The notes under the pieces are model-generated. The model did no database searches and was not told the origin of the DNA. It saw only the letters and a list, made by a program, of their open reading frames with translations. From positions 1 through 51,626 of the forward strand of contig NW_021834193.1 of assembly GCF_006345805.1 (NCBI RefSeq): a stretch of DNA of 51,626 nucleotides, given 5' to 3'. Source of the DNA: Octopus sinensis (lineage: Eukaryota). Made by a program: the position numbers and the translations under genes. Positions 1-12,703 of this stretch are shown piece after piece. Each line of letters begins with the position of its first letter. Position 1 is the first letter of the stretch.

Positions 1-988
1 TTCGGCAAGTAATCGCCGCTGTTTTTTTTTTTAAATTTTGGAATCTATTTTTTTCAAGAATTCTATTTTTGATATGTTGTGGAATCTAGTTAATTTTTGT
101 ATTTTCAGATCATTAAAAGGGAATGTCAAGTTAAGAAAAACGAGCATTTTTGACACCTTCTTTTTGCTTTTAATCGAGGTTCTAAGGCCGCAAAAGCTGC
201 TCGCAACATTTGGGCTGTGTATGGAGAGGGTGCATTAGGTGAAGAAACCGCACCTCGTTTTGGCCGTCCATTTGAGTTCTATGAAGAGCGATTAAACCAA
301 CTTTTGCACGAAAAATATTGTCAAATGACAAGGGAACTGGCAGAGGAATTGGAATGCTATAGAGAAGCATCTTCACTCGATGGGAAAGGTACATTATTGA
401 TGGGAACGTATGGCGCATGGGTTTCGCATGCTTTAAGTAACAACAAGAATCAACGATCCACAATCTCTGCTGGCTTACCTCCTCGTCACCGCTCAACTCA
501 TGGACACAAGCAATTATTTCTTTATCGAATCGTTACTGGCAACAGCGTAAGGAAAGGCTTAGCCCCGGTAAACAAGTGACACCGCACGTGAATCAAGATC
601 TTCATTCACGTAAAACGATGTTGTGCGTATGATGAGACTGGGAAGGGATTATCCATAACGAATTGCTTGAACGGAACCAAACGGTCAACGCAGAACCCTA
701 TGTTCAACAGATGGAATGACTCAACACGACTATTCAAGAGAAAAAATCTAATCGGAAGCATGGAGTTCTTCTGCTGCACGGCAACGCCCGCCATTATATC
801 ACCAATATGACCAAGAGAGCCACTCAAACGCATGGTTGGAAAGTGCTGCCACACCCGCTTTACTCTTCTGATTTGGCACCAACGGATTTCCACCTCTTTC
901 GACCTCTTTCAAGCGCCATGCGTGGAGTTTCGTTCAATACTAATGCAGAATTGAGAGCTTCATTGAATGAATTTTTCGAGTTGAAATC
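1..988 (+). mobile_element. Decayed mariner (DD34D) DNA transposon; window starts in or near the left TIR; right end lost
   Basis: Manual translation gives ECQVKKNEHF*HLLFAFNRGSKAAKAARNIWAVYGEGA (start codon mutated at 118), PRFGRP, IVTGN, KTMLCV**DWEGIIH, LLHGNAR and HPLYSSDLAPTDFHLF, which match mariner motifs. Stops, deletions and D->N / D->G changes at two catalytic Asp positions make it inactive. Confidence 0.93.
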
Positions 989-1065
989 GAATCCACTCAC
1001 AAGGTTTTGGTTTGCCTGAGGCTATATAGAAGGCACATACCCAACGCGGCACGCAGTAGAACTGC
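989..1065 (-). mobile_element. SINE fragment at the point where the mariner copy ends
   Basis: atccactcacaaggttttgg...gaaggcacatacccaac matches the SINE at 1700-1790. Confidence 0.7.
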
Positions 1066-1146
1066 AAATGGAAATATATAGTTGGTCAGTAACCTTCTTA
1101 ATACTCAGTCACTCTTGTGCTCATATATATATATATATATATACAG

Positions 1147-1195
<49 letters not shown>

Positions 1196-1432
1196 GCGTG
1201 TGTGCGAGTGTGTGTGTGGGGGGGAGTGTATAATAGATATTAATGTTGATATATGTTGGTTCCAAATTTTGGCACAAGACAACCGATTAATGTGGAGAAC
1301 TCCCAGTTCTTCACAAAGGAAGGAAAGGAAAGCTGACCTCTACAGAAAGTAAAGGTATCGAAATGTTGCTAAGCATTTCGATCAGCATGCTTACGATTCT
1401 GCCTGAATATATAAATATATATATATATATAT

Positions 1433-1847
1433 ACTCTTTTACTCTGTTACTCTTTTACTTGTTTCAGTCATTTGACTGCGGCCATGCTGGAGCACCGCCT
1501 TTAATCGAGTAGCTCGACCCAGGGACTTATTCTTTTGTAAGCCCAGTACTTATTCTATCGGTCACTTTTGCCGAACCGCTAAGTGACGGGACGTAAACAC
1601 ACCAGCATCGGTTGTCATGCAATGCTAGGGGGACAAACACAGACACACAACACACACACATATATATATATATATATACATATATACGACAGGCTTCTTT
1701 CAGTTTCCGTCTACCAAATACACTCACAAGGCATTGGTCGGTCTGGGGCTATAGCAGAAGACACTTGCCCAAGATGCCACGCAGTGGGACTGAATCCGGA
1801 ACCATGTGGTTGGCAAGCAAGCTACTTACCACAGCCACCCCTGCGCC

Positions 1848-1848
<1 letters not shown>
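1433..1848 (-). mobile_element. Full-length tRNA-derived SINE (family A, CORE-like body, internal (TA)n)
   Basis: Reverse complement matches the + strand copy at 30827-31257: head ggcgcagg..gtggtaag, cttgggcaagtgtcttct, internal microsatellite and an (agagtaaa) tail. Confidence 0.85.
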
Positions 1849-1909
<61 letters not shown>

Positions 1910-2200
1910 TTGTTTTCGAGATTTTTTATATGAAATCGTGCATTGAAACAAATGGAATTATATAACATTATACATGAACATTTACAAAAAGAAATAATTT
2001 TATTAAATACAAAAACGTAATAAGTAGGTATAAACACATGAATATAATGAAAAAACAAATTAGCGAACGTGTATAAACAGGCGATACAGACAATACAGGC
2101 ACGTCCCCCGCCCGCACGCACACGCACTTACTACACATAGACACACAAAATGACTGATCGTTAGTAAGGAGAGACACACATACAAGAAAAAAGAAAGCAA

Positions 2201-2246
2201 AGGAGCACTGATGAGGTCACAGAAGTGTGACGAAAGAACTCTGGCC
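2201..2246 (+). ncRNA. Degenerate type I hammerhead-like motif
   Basis: CTGATGA (2208-2214), extra G, perfect stem II GTCAC/GTGAC, GAAA, short stem III AG-aa-CT, C17; stem I is only 2 bp. Confidence 0.3.
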
Positions 2247-2355
2247 GAAATAAGATTAAGTTTAATGTAAAATAAAGCTGAATCAAGTTAACACACAAAT
2301 ATATAGTGCGTGTGTTTATATTGGTTAAACTGGCAAATTCACCATCCCTAAATAC

Positions 2356-2448
<93 letters not shown>

Positions 2449-2566
2449 ATGTATGTATGTATGTATGCGTGCGTTTTCATGTATCTATATAGATATGTGT
2501 GCCTATCTGTGTATGTGTATGTGTACGTGCAGTAGTGTGCGTATACGTATGCATGTACGTATTTGA

Positions 2567-2760
2567 TTATTACCTCAGCCAAGGAAGGAGGTTATGTTTT
2601 TATCGGCGTTAGTTTGTCCGTCTGTGTGCAAAATAGCTCAAACATTTTTGAACGGTATTTGAAGAAACTTGCAGAAAATGTTAGCAATGACACAAGGAAG
2701 AGATGATGAAATTTTGGTAGTAATCCGTGAATTTATATGGATTCTCGAAGGAATTTTTAT
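2567..2760 (+). mobile_element. Non-autonomous Helentron-like (DINE-1/HINE-type) element, 5' part
   Basis: Terminal hairpin attacctc/gaggttat followed by a gtttgtccgtctgt GTCY-type tract, as in HINEs; no 3' end recognised. Confidence 0.45.
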
Positions 2761-3699
2761 CTATTATATTTACTTTACATGAAGTATTACAACGTTGCGT
2801 TATTTGATTATCTCCATTGAAAATACGTTCATCGTTTCAACGTAACCTACGGTGGCGTCGCTGTTTCCAAAGTTTTATTTCGTTTCCCTATTAGTAATTT
2901 TAGGTAATTGTTGTTTGTTTTTAGCTGTATGGGTAAACATCCTGTTGTCATTGCTGTATTATAACTGCTTCAAATGATTCATGTATTTAAATTTTAGTTT
3001 TAAATCACGTGGCTGTGTTATGTTTCAAATTTGATACCTTGTTGCAAATCTATGCATTGGGCCCTATAGTATTTATATATTGACAGCAAGCCAGAACTTA
3101 CACAGGTCTCAGTTCATCCCCACAATCTATGGTGTTGTTAACCATATTTAAAATAATACGCTTTGGATATTATTATATTGTGCTAGACCCCGATAGCCTT
3201 TTGATCCTTAAAATATAGTTTTACAGATACGTCTTCCGAACCTCTTCTTTTGCTTTCCGCACAACTTGTGTTGGTTGTACTATGTAAAACGTTCGTGAAA
3301 GAACCCACCTGTTGCTTGCGATACATTCCAATAAATACATCTGGTGCAACATTTTTCGGGGTCTTTAAAATACTATTGTGGATGCCCACTTTTTTTGTTT
3401 GACCTCCAGAAAAATCTTATATGGACACTCAGGAGCCATTTCCACCCCGGTTGAAACCACTGCCGTCTTGAGATTCTGTGGTCCATTATCCAATGTGCCC
3501 AGGTTTTAAAACTGACCTGAAAATTGAATTATATGGAATGTCATATATTACAGAAACAAGAGTGTGACTCAAGGTCCGAGAATTTCGTGGGTTCACAAAC
3601 ACTCGAGAGTGTAGGATCCTCAGGCACACAGTTGCTTCGGCTAAATATTTTTAAAAATGTACATATTGAGATCCCCTTCTTCCTGTTTGCACTAGCATA

Positions 3700-3998
3700 C
3701 TTGCGTGTGTGTATATGTGTGTGTGTGAGTCTGTGTGTCTGTGTATGTGTGTGTGTGTGAGTCTGTGTGTCTGTGTGTCTGTGTATGTGTGTGTGTGTGA
3801 GTCTGTGTGTCTGTGTGTCTGTGTATGTGTGTGTGTGTGAGTCTGTGTGTCTGTGTGTCTGTGTATGTGTGTGTGTGAGTCTGTGTGTCTGTGTGTCTGT
3901 GTGTGTGTGTATGTGTGTGTATATGTGTGTGTGTGTGTATATATGTGTGTGTGTGCGTGTGTGTGTGTGTGTTGTGTGTGTGTGTGTGTGTGCGTGTG
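3700..3998. repeat. Compound (GT)n/(GTGTCT)n array
   Basis: Directly visible higher-order repeat gtgtgagtctgtgtgtctgtgtgtctgtgtat. Confidence 0.95.
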
Positions 3999-4377
3999 CT
4001 GTTAACTTCTTCCGTGTGGTTTCGGGGCCGTATTTTCAAAACATTGAACTTTTATTTAATTATTATCGGCTGTAAACCATGAAAGTATTATCAATAACTA
4101 CATTATTATTTTTATCCTACAATTCAATATCATGTCATACCATATGTATATATAACCTTTGGAATGCCTGTCGTCACGATGCATATATTACACTTCATTC
4201 CCTGCTCGTTTCTGTTACAATGCCGCCATTTTTACAACCCGACTCACTTTTCATCCGTAATGATAAAATCGCGGTTGCGGGAAATATAAGACATACAATA
4301 CGTACGATATTTGTCAGCCAATTGTTTAAACAATCGTAAACCATGGAATAAACGTAATACTAGATACAGCATTCTTC

Positions 4378-4379
<2 letters not shown>

Positions 4380-4408
<29 letters not shown>

Positions 4409-4498
4409 CTCGTATACATATGAAATATCCAAATATAGATAGATAGATTGATAGATTCGATTGATAGATTTAATAGATAGATAGATAGATAGACAGAC

Positions 4499-4567
<69 letters not shown>

Positions 4568-4620
4568 TAGATAGATGATAGATAGATAGATAAATAGGCA
4601 GACAGACAGACAGACAGGTA
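4380..4620. repeat. (TA)n and (GATA)n/(GACA)n microsatellites
   Basis: Directly visible. Confidence 0.95.
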
Positions 4621-5194
4621 GAATACCTCACATCACAATAGAGATATTTCTTTGCACTTTATTCGAGGATGTGTTCTCAATCTATTGGACAAAATGTTTC
4701 CTCACACACTCTGTTTCCTCCCACAGATAACTACAAGTTTTATGAGTGTGTTATACAATTTTATTTTCTCCTTGATCTAATGGATACCATTAAAGAAGAT
4801 ACCAATGAAATTATAGCTTTTAAATTCGCTCCTCAAATAAACTAAGGTATTATCAATAATGAAATTACAGTCTCAATATTTAGTATTCCAATAAGATGTT
4901 TTGTATGTTTATGTCATTTTGTCAGATAGGTAAATATATAATCTGGTCGTGGGAATCCTGTTGACAAAGGCATCCCCTGCATTCATTCCAATTGATTATG
5001 GAAATTTGTGATATAGTTTCGAAGAAGGACATTTTCCTCATATTTCGTTGCAGGCGTAAGAGAGAACATAAACTTTAGATTAACATCTTCATCTCGACGT
5101 TACACATACAATAATGATGAACTGATGATGGTTCTGATAAACATGATGTATTGATGAGACACTTTATTGCAGTCGAGCAAGGTACGATACAATC

Positions 5195-5350
5195 AGATGC
5201 TATGGGGTAAAACATTTGCTTCCCAAACACATGGTTTCGGGTTTGGTCCCACTCTGTGGTTCCTTGGGCAAGTGTCCTATGCTAAATCTTCGGGCAGATA
5301 GAAGCCTTATCAGTGCATGTTGAAGGTGGAAACTGAAACGAGCGTGAGGT
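5195..5350 (+). mobile_element. Degenerate SINE family A head
   Basis: catggtttcgggtt..cttgggcaagtgtcct..ggaaactgaaa resembles the head of the 30827 copy. Confidence 0.6.
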
Positions 5351-5390
5351 ATCTTTGATTGTCCCTCGCCATCGCTTGCCAAACGGTATT

Positions 5391-5616
5391 GGCAGAAACG
5401 TTAGCACGCGGGGCGAAATGCGTGGCCGTTTTTCGTCTGCCGTTACGTTCTGAGTTCAAATTCCGCCGAGGTCGACTTTGCCTTTCATCCTTTCGGGGTC
5501 GATAAATTAAGTACCAGTTACGCACTGGGGTCAATGTAATCGACTTAATCCGTTTGCCTGTCCTTGTTTGTCCCCTCTGTGTTTAGCCCCTTGTGGGTAG
5601 TAAAGAAATAGGTATT
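5391..5616 (+). mobile_element. tRNA-derived SINE family B (Meta-domain-like core)
   Basis: ggcagaaacgttagcacg head, B-box-like gagttcaaattcc, core gcctttcatcctttcggggtcgataaattaagtacca. Reverse fragments lie at about 1310-1403, 14760-14880 and 16640-16755. Confidence 0.7.
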
Positions 5617-7699
5617 GGTATGTTTACATCCCCAAGGCATGGCGGAGTATGAGAGGGTGTCGATTAGATCAACTAATATTTTCATTGCGGTACTCCAGCA
5701 TGGCAGCAGTCTAATAATGAAACAACTATACGGTAAAAGATACCAACATATTTCAATACTTATACACACATAATCGCACACACAGACACAAAAATATACA
5801 ATATAAATCACACATGCAAAAGGTGTTCTGTGAATGACCACGTTTTGCCACCATGCAGTTACGGGTTACGTCCTTCGGTGGGTCATGTTGGAAACTTACT
5901 TTTACCAGTGCCATAGAGCAACCAAAGCGTTGACAAGGAATTCCGTGCACGGAAACTATGAGGGATGCGTATCTACCTACCTCACTGCTTGGCAGGTGAT
6001 GCTGGCTTGTTTAACAGACATTGAGAAACAGATAATGGTGTGCATTTTTGCAATAAAAATCCTAAAATGCAGTGCCTCAGTGTAGCCACAGGTCAATGTC
6101 ACATATCGTGTGAATGACCGTTACCGCTCATATACTTTTTAGAGAAGAGGACGTGTCATATATTTCTTCTTAAACAGACTGGGCGGCAGACTTACTTTGT
6201 TTGATAATTTAACACCACCACATAGATCTTAGTACCGTTAATGGTGTACAACCTGTTCGTAATATGCCTTGCACCTCCTAGTGTTGTGTGCCTTCGCCGC
6301 ATATGCGTTATCCAGTTCTGGAGGCTCGGGAGAGTTTCAGAGACGTGCAGTCCCTTCTTTCTAGCTCATTACTTTGTATCGGTTTTGCGATATCCAAAAG
6401 CGAAACCCTGTTATCTCGAAATAAAATATACCATATGCCCTAGTTGTCTGCATATCATAATACCTAGTACCAAGTAAATCTCACTCATACGAAAATTTTA
6501 ACCATTTAGATTTGAAAAATAAGATTGCCATTGATTGAATGCGAACTGTCTATAACGCTATAAAAGTAACAGCACGCGAACTTACTAATATTTATAACTT
6601 TCCATTTATAGATTGTTTTTATTTATTTATTTTTTTTCTTTTTAGTAAATTGTTATTAGTTGAATTCGTCCACCAAGTGTAGAGTTGATATATCTAAACA
6701 ATTATACGAAGAATTACAAACAAATAATGTTTCAGAATGACTTTCTTTTGTCATCTTCTCTCGTATCTCATCGCGACTATTATGATGCATTAGCATTTGA
6801 GAGAAATGTAGCGCCTAATACAGATTTTTACGTCTAACGAACATAGAGAAAATACCACCTGCTTTCTCACTACGTCTTGTAGTCGAAAATTAAATATTAA
6901 TAAAACAGAAGTACACCAATGCTTCCTACTTGGTTCGCGATAGTGTGTGGAGATTTATTCAACTACAAAAATGAATAAACTGAGAGAAGATACCTGCTAA
7001 TTTCGAAATATGTGACGCCAATGCGTCTGCAAACTGGTGATCCAACTAATACATAGATCACTATAATAGTATGTAACAGCTTTTCTATAAGAAATATCTT
7101 CAATTTCGAAGTGACACACTGGAGCCAGAAATGAGTGAGATTTGCAGTTTATATAAACAAAACAGTAACGTCACTGTATATGTATGCATGTATCACATGA
7201 AATGATCATAATAAGAACACGCATCAGTATACTTGCTTTCGGATTTAGAATTTCACTTTCTGTGTGGGCGTTTTACTGATTTCTGTACGTTTGATAAGAT
7301 ACAAAATCATGTGAATATAAAATTTGTATATACATACACTACCAAACACGAACACATGTATGTATGTATATATGTAATTATGTATGTATAGCTCTATGCA
7401 AAGATAAATACATATATAAATCATATATATATATATATATATATATATCTATTATATATATATATATACCTGTTATACATTCAGAAGTATATACATATGA
7501 TCTATGTATATGACTATGCATGTATGTATGTATATTTTTAAATGTATGTGTGCGCGTGAGCACATATACATGTATGGGTATATATACGTATACACAGACA
7601 TGACAGACGAAAATAGACACCCGATAAAACATCGTTCTCTGTTTATTTTAACTTGTAATGGTTTATATTTTTATATTAATTGATATGTTTATGTTTCGG

Positions 7700-8620
7700 A
7701 TTCTATATGTGACTGTTTGATCATACCATGTACAAAAGAAGCCTTGCAATTGTCTGAATTTCGAAGAGGCCGTATTGTGGGTCATTCTGATGGTGGAATC
7801 CGCTTTCTACTGTCAATAGAGTGATTGTGCAATTCAGCAGTGAGGGGAGGCAGTCCACTTCACCACGCCCAGATCAACCAGCGCTCTCTGCCAGGATCCT
7901 TCTTTCTGCTAAAGAATCAATCCCCGGTTCAAGGCCTCTGAAAGTGCTGAACAAGTTGATGTCAGTCCCAGAGGAGCTGTCAGGTATCTCCACAAACCCT
8001 GTTTTTATGGCAGAGAAGCAAGAAAGAAGTCACTTCGACCAGTCAACATCAAGACAAGAAAAGATTGGGCCAGTGAAATATTGGTGAGGCCACTAGCAAT
8101 TTGGGACACTGTCATATTCTCTGATGAGTCCAGATTTGCTGTATTTCCTGACAGTGGTCGAGTGTGGGACTGGAGACTATGTGATCAAGAATTTGATGTG
8201 AAAAGATTGCAACCATCAATAAAAGACGGCAGGTATTCTGTTATGGTCTGGGAAGCAATTTGGAGCTTAGTTGATCAGAACTGGTGGAGTGTGAGGGAAA
8301 TATAAACTCAGATAAATATGCCCATATTGCAGAAGGACTTCTTCCAGTCGTCTCCAGTGGTAAAATGTTTAAAGAAGACTCTTTATCTTTGGAAAATTCC
8401 AAGCCACTCACCTATGTGAACTCTATTGAACACCTCTTGGGACATAATAGGCTGGACACATCATAAAAAGAGCAGGAAAGCATCTTCAAAGCTAGATGTT
8501 TTGAGATTATTGCATGGAACTTGACAAGAAATTCCGCAAGGGAATGGTCATTTGATGAGTGTCCTTGCAATGAAAATTCAAATGGCATGTCTACTAAATA
8601 TTAAATATTCATATTATAAC
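7700..8620 (+). mobile_element. Decayed Tc1-family (DD34E) transposon
   Basis: LSEFRRGRIVG N-terminal HTH motif, WDTVIFSDESRF, GRVW, SVMVWEAIWS, ECEGNINSDKY and NSIEHLL (from the SPDLNPIEHLW motif); multiple frameshifts. Confidence 0.9.
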
Positions 8621-8708
8621 AAACAAATAATTTAACTGTACAATATCTGATTTAAATAAATTTTAATGATTATAAAGTTTTCTATTTACTTCTGTCATGT
8701 CTGCGTAC

Positions 8709-8745
<37 letters not shown>

Positions 8746-8843
8746 TATACATATGTGCATGTATATATACATATGTGTGTGTATATATATACATGTATAT
8801 ATGTATATATATGTGTGTGTATATATTATATTATATATATATG

Positions 8844-8887
<44 letters not shown>

Positions 8888-8906
8888 ATATATATATTAT
8901 AATATA

Positions 8907-8949
<43 letters not shown>

Positions 8950-8977
8950 CTGAAAGGAGTCAGCCGTATTTATGTAT

Positions 8978-9026
<49 letters not shown>

Positions 9027-9029
9027 GAT

Positions 9030-9250
9030 ATGTACTTGCATAGCAATTGATTTGATCTGAGATCGTGTGCTGAAACGAAAACAATTGTAGCGTGGAAGGT
9101 GTTTGTAAGCCATTTAAGAAACACACAAAAGCCGTTCGATTCACTGCAGCACGGATTTTTATCAGTGAGAAGTTAAATTTTGAATACGATATCCTGAGAG
9201 CGTGTCTTCTTACTGGAGTGTAGAAATAGGTGACCAAACTCAACATAGTC
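9030..9250. repeat. Interspersed repeat, copy 1 (copy 2 at 9913-10055)
   Basis: About 120 bp of near-identical sequence tacttgcatagca..gccgttcgattcact occurs at both loci; class not determined. Confidence 0.8.
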
Positions 9251-9308
9251 CGAATGGATCATGGATTTGTTTATATACACACATGAATGCACATACATAT
9301 ATAAATAT

Positions 9309-9444
9309 ATCGTGACGCATATTTGCCATTTGAATATGGCTAACCCTTAAGGGTGGATGCTACTGTAGTTTGTAGCCCCAGGAACTACAGTAGCATCCAC
9401 CCTTAAGGGTTAGCCATATTCAAATGGCAAATATGCGTCACGAT
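9309..9444. repeat. Perfect 62-bp inverted repeat with 12-nt loop
   Basis: 9309-9370 is the exact reverse complement of 9383-9444; loop tgtagccccagg. Confidence 0.97.
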
Positions 9445-9559
9445 GTGTTACCGCTACTGTTTACAACTCGCTCTGAGATTTATCATTATATATATATAAT
9501 TGTATGTATATTTCTATACATACATAAACACACGTATGTATGAATATATATGTATACAT

Positions 9560-9765
9560 ATTCTTTTATTTGTGTCAGTCAGTTGACTGCGAGCCTGCCG
9601 GAGCACCGCGTTTAGTCGAACAAATCGCCCCCAAGGATTTCCTCTTTGTAAACCTACCACTTATTCTATCGGTTTGTTTTTGCCGAAACGATTAGTTACG
9701 GGGACGTAAACACACCGACTAAGGTTGTAAAGTGATGTTGGGTACAAACGCAGACACACACATAC
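9560..9765 (-). mobile_element. SINE family A 3' half
   Basis: Matches 1440-1645 (ggagcaccgc, cttattctatcgg, gggacgtaaacacacc). Confidence 0.75.
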
Positions 9766-9912
9766 ACACACACACACACACACAACACACACACACACAC
9801 ACATACACACATACATATATATATGCCGGTACCACAGCAAGGCCACAGCTCGTGAGCTGAAACCAGACCAGATAATATATATGTATATGTATATATATGT
9901 ATTGGTGAGATT

Positions 9913-10052
9913 TACTTGCATAGCAAGTGAGTTGATCTGAGATCGTGTGCTGAAACGAAAACAATTGCAGCGTAGAAGGTGTTTGTAAGCCATTTAAGAA
10001 ACACACAAAAGCCGTTCGATTCACTTCAAAATTTAAGTTTAATTTGTCAAAA

Positions 10053-10055
<3 letters not shown>
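9913..10055. repeat. Interspersed repeat, copy 2 of 9030-9250
   Basis: Direct sequence match. Confidence 0.8.
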
Positions 10056-10120
<65 letters not shown>

Positions 10121-10592
10121 CACATATGTGTATATATTAATATATATATATATATATATCATATGTATATATATATAATATATATTACATCATAATATAT
10201 TATGTTACTTTATATTATATTATATTACATTACAGAAAAATAATATAACTAGGGCAGAACGAGTCCTTCAAGTCATTTAGAATAATTAGATTAGGGTGAG
10301 TTCAATTTATGTCCATCATACTTCCTCGTTCTATATACACATTTTCAATATGAATACTTCATGCAGAATACTACCAAAATACTGCCTGGACTTCCCTGCG
10401 TAAGTTTCAACTAAAAACCTATATCTTCATGGAAGTACCGACTAACATTCATATACTCCGGCAAAAGATGACTTGTGAACAGTATTCTCCTGCCTCTATT
10501 CTTCTAACCATTTCAGCTCTTTACGCTATTCTATTACTTACGAACTGTGAATTTTATTCTTTGTAAACTTTAAATTTTCCCCGTCTAGATTA

Positions 10593-10668
10593 GTCTCTGA
10601 TGACAGAATAAATAGTGCACGGACATGCTAACCTACCACTTGGGTTAACCCAGAAACGGTTATAAGAC
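10593..10668 (+). ncRNA. Degenerate type I hammerhead-like motif
   Basis: Stem I GTCT/AGAC, CTGATGA, 49-nt insert, GAAA, ..TA cleavage doublet; stems II and III poorly paired. Confidence 0.3.
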
Positions 10669-10864
10669 ATCCGATCCAACTAAAATATTCTAACTCGAGA
10701 TACTCGTTCTGCCTTGGTTTTGATTTTCCCTCTAATATAATTCATACCTGCTATAAACGGAACCGTAACATAGATCCCTAGATCCAGCCTTAGTCGTGAT
10801 CTTGGAACCTAACGCTCGCCTAACTAAACCACTTACCCACATTCTCACTCACTCTCTCTCGCTC

Positions 10865-10925
<61 letters not shown>

Positions 10926-10949
10926 TAATATATATATATATATATATTG

Positions 10950-11496
10950 TGTGGTGTGTGTTGTGTGGGGTGTGTGTGTTTGTGTATGTGTGTGTGTATA
11001 CAGAGAGAGAAAAAGAGGGAGAGGTATGTTTGTGCAAACAGGAAAAGTAGAATTCTAAATGAAAGTATATACGTATCTTTATTGATATTTTGCAGAAGCA
11101 AGTGAGTGACACATGGTCCGAGAGATAGGTGCCAAAACACGAAACACCAGGGCCTTGTGTCACTTTATGCTGATAAATACTAATAAAAATATACATACAC
11201 ACATACACACACAGAGGTAGGAAACTTATATACACATCATTCTGCTTTAATAATTGAACTGCAAATACAATATCCTTACGTGTCTCGCTTCTGTTTTCAT
11301 TCCTCCACTCTTTTCTGTGTGTCATATCTTCTCTATAATAACTATTACTTAAACATTTTCTCGCTTCGTCTCTGAAGAAGGGATACATAAAATATTCCGA
11401 AAACATCTGTAAAACCTTCCCATTATACATGTTCTGAAATCTATTCACCGCCATGGACTTTTAATCTCATTCTGTTAATTTCGATACATGTGTATG

Positions 11497-11528
<32 letters not shown>

Positions 11529-12075
11529 GTGTGTGTGTGGTGTGTGTTTGTGTATGTGTGTGTGTATACAGAGAGAGAAAAAGAGGGAGAGGTATGTTTG
11601 TGCAAACAGGAAAAGTAGAATCTAATGAAAGTATATACGTATCTTTATTGATATTTGCAGAAGCAAGTGAGTGACACATGGTCCGAGAGATAGGTGCCAA
11701 AACACGACACCAGGGCCTTGTGTCACTTTATTCTGATAAATACTAATAAAAATATACATACACACATACACACACAGAGGTAGGAACTTATATACACATC
11801 ATTCTGCTTTAATAATTGAACTGCAATACAATATCCTTACGTGTCTCGCTTCTGTTTTCATTCCTCCACTACTTTTCTGTGTGTCATATCTTCTCTATAA
11901 TAACTATTACTTAACATTTTCTCGCTTCGTCTCTGAAGAAGGATACATAAAATATTCCGAAAACATCTGTAAAAAACCTTCCCATTATACATGTTCTGAA
12001 ATCTATTCACCGCCATGGACTTTTAATCTCATTCTGTTAATTTCGATACATGTGTATGTATATATATATATATAT
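10950..12075. repeat. Tandem duplication of about 565 bp
   Basis: Copy 1 about 10950-11510, copy 2 about 11511-12075; offset 568 at the left and 562 at the right; differences are mostly homopolymer indels. Confidence 0.95.
11368..11415 (+). ncRNA. Minimal type I hammerhead-like motif (duplicated at 11929-11976)
   Basis: GTCT-CTGAAGA-A-stem II GGGATA/TATTCC-GAAA(A)-near-palindromic ACATCTGT-A-AAAC (stem I 3/4 paired). Confidence 0.45.
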
Positions 12076-12453
12076 GTGTGTGTTTTTATTTATATATATA
12101 CAAAGACGTACATTTATCCTTATCTACATCCACTCACCACACAGAAATTTATACACGCATGCATATCTTTCTTATATATATTTGCATACCGAAGGAAACC
12201 GAACCTAGACACTCACGTGCAAGTTTACACAGGTACACACACATACGCGCGCGCATACACAGAGCCTAAATCACAATAAATTTATGAGTATTGCATGAGA
12301 GATATGTCTCACATTTTGCAAGTATACAGATCGCAAATTCCTTCCCGAACATGGTTTATGGAAATACTGATGCAATGATAGTTACCTTCCATCCTACATC
12401 ACCACTAATATTTCCAGAGTGCCCCAGTGTATATAAATAGATTATTCAAATCA

Positions 12454-12536
12454 ACTATTATCACCTATTACTTCTGTCCGCCTAATGATAGATATGTATA
12501 TTACATATACATATACATGTATATATATTATATATA

Positions 12537-12616
<80 letters not shown>

Positions 12617-12637
12617 TATATGTATATGTAATATATT

Positions 12638-12703
<66 letters not shown>

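Noticed and set aside
3183-3520. Possible minus-strand exon (ORF 3183-3389, CAG|GTGGGT donor, ttttcag acceptor at 3517)
   Set aside because: All frames from the best acceptor hit stops, and there is no recognisable homology.
8115-8135. CTGATGAG hammerhead-like core
   Set aside because: It is the FSDES codons of the Tc1 transposase; no stems or GAAA in the right geometry. The same applies to 45131 (PADDN codons).
8666-9050. Many ORFs rich in IYIY, CVCV, HTHT, poly-L/Y/N or poly-T/S across the window
   Set aside because: They are translations of (TA)n, (GT)n, (AAT)n and (ACT)n microsatellites, which lack stops in some frames.
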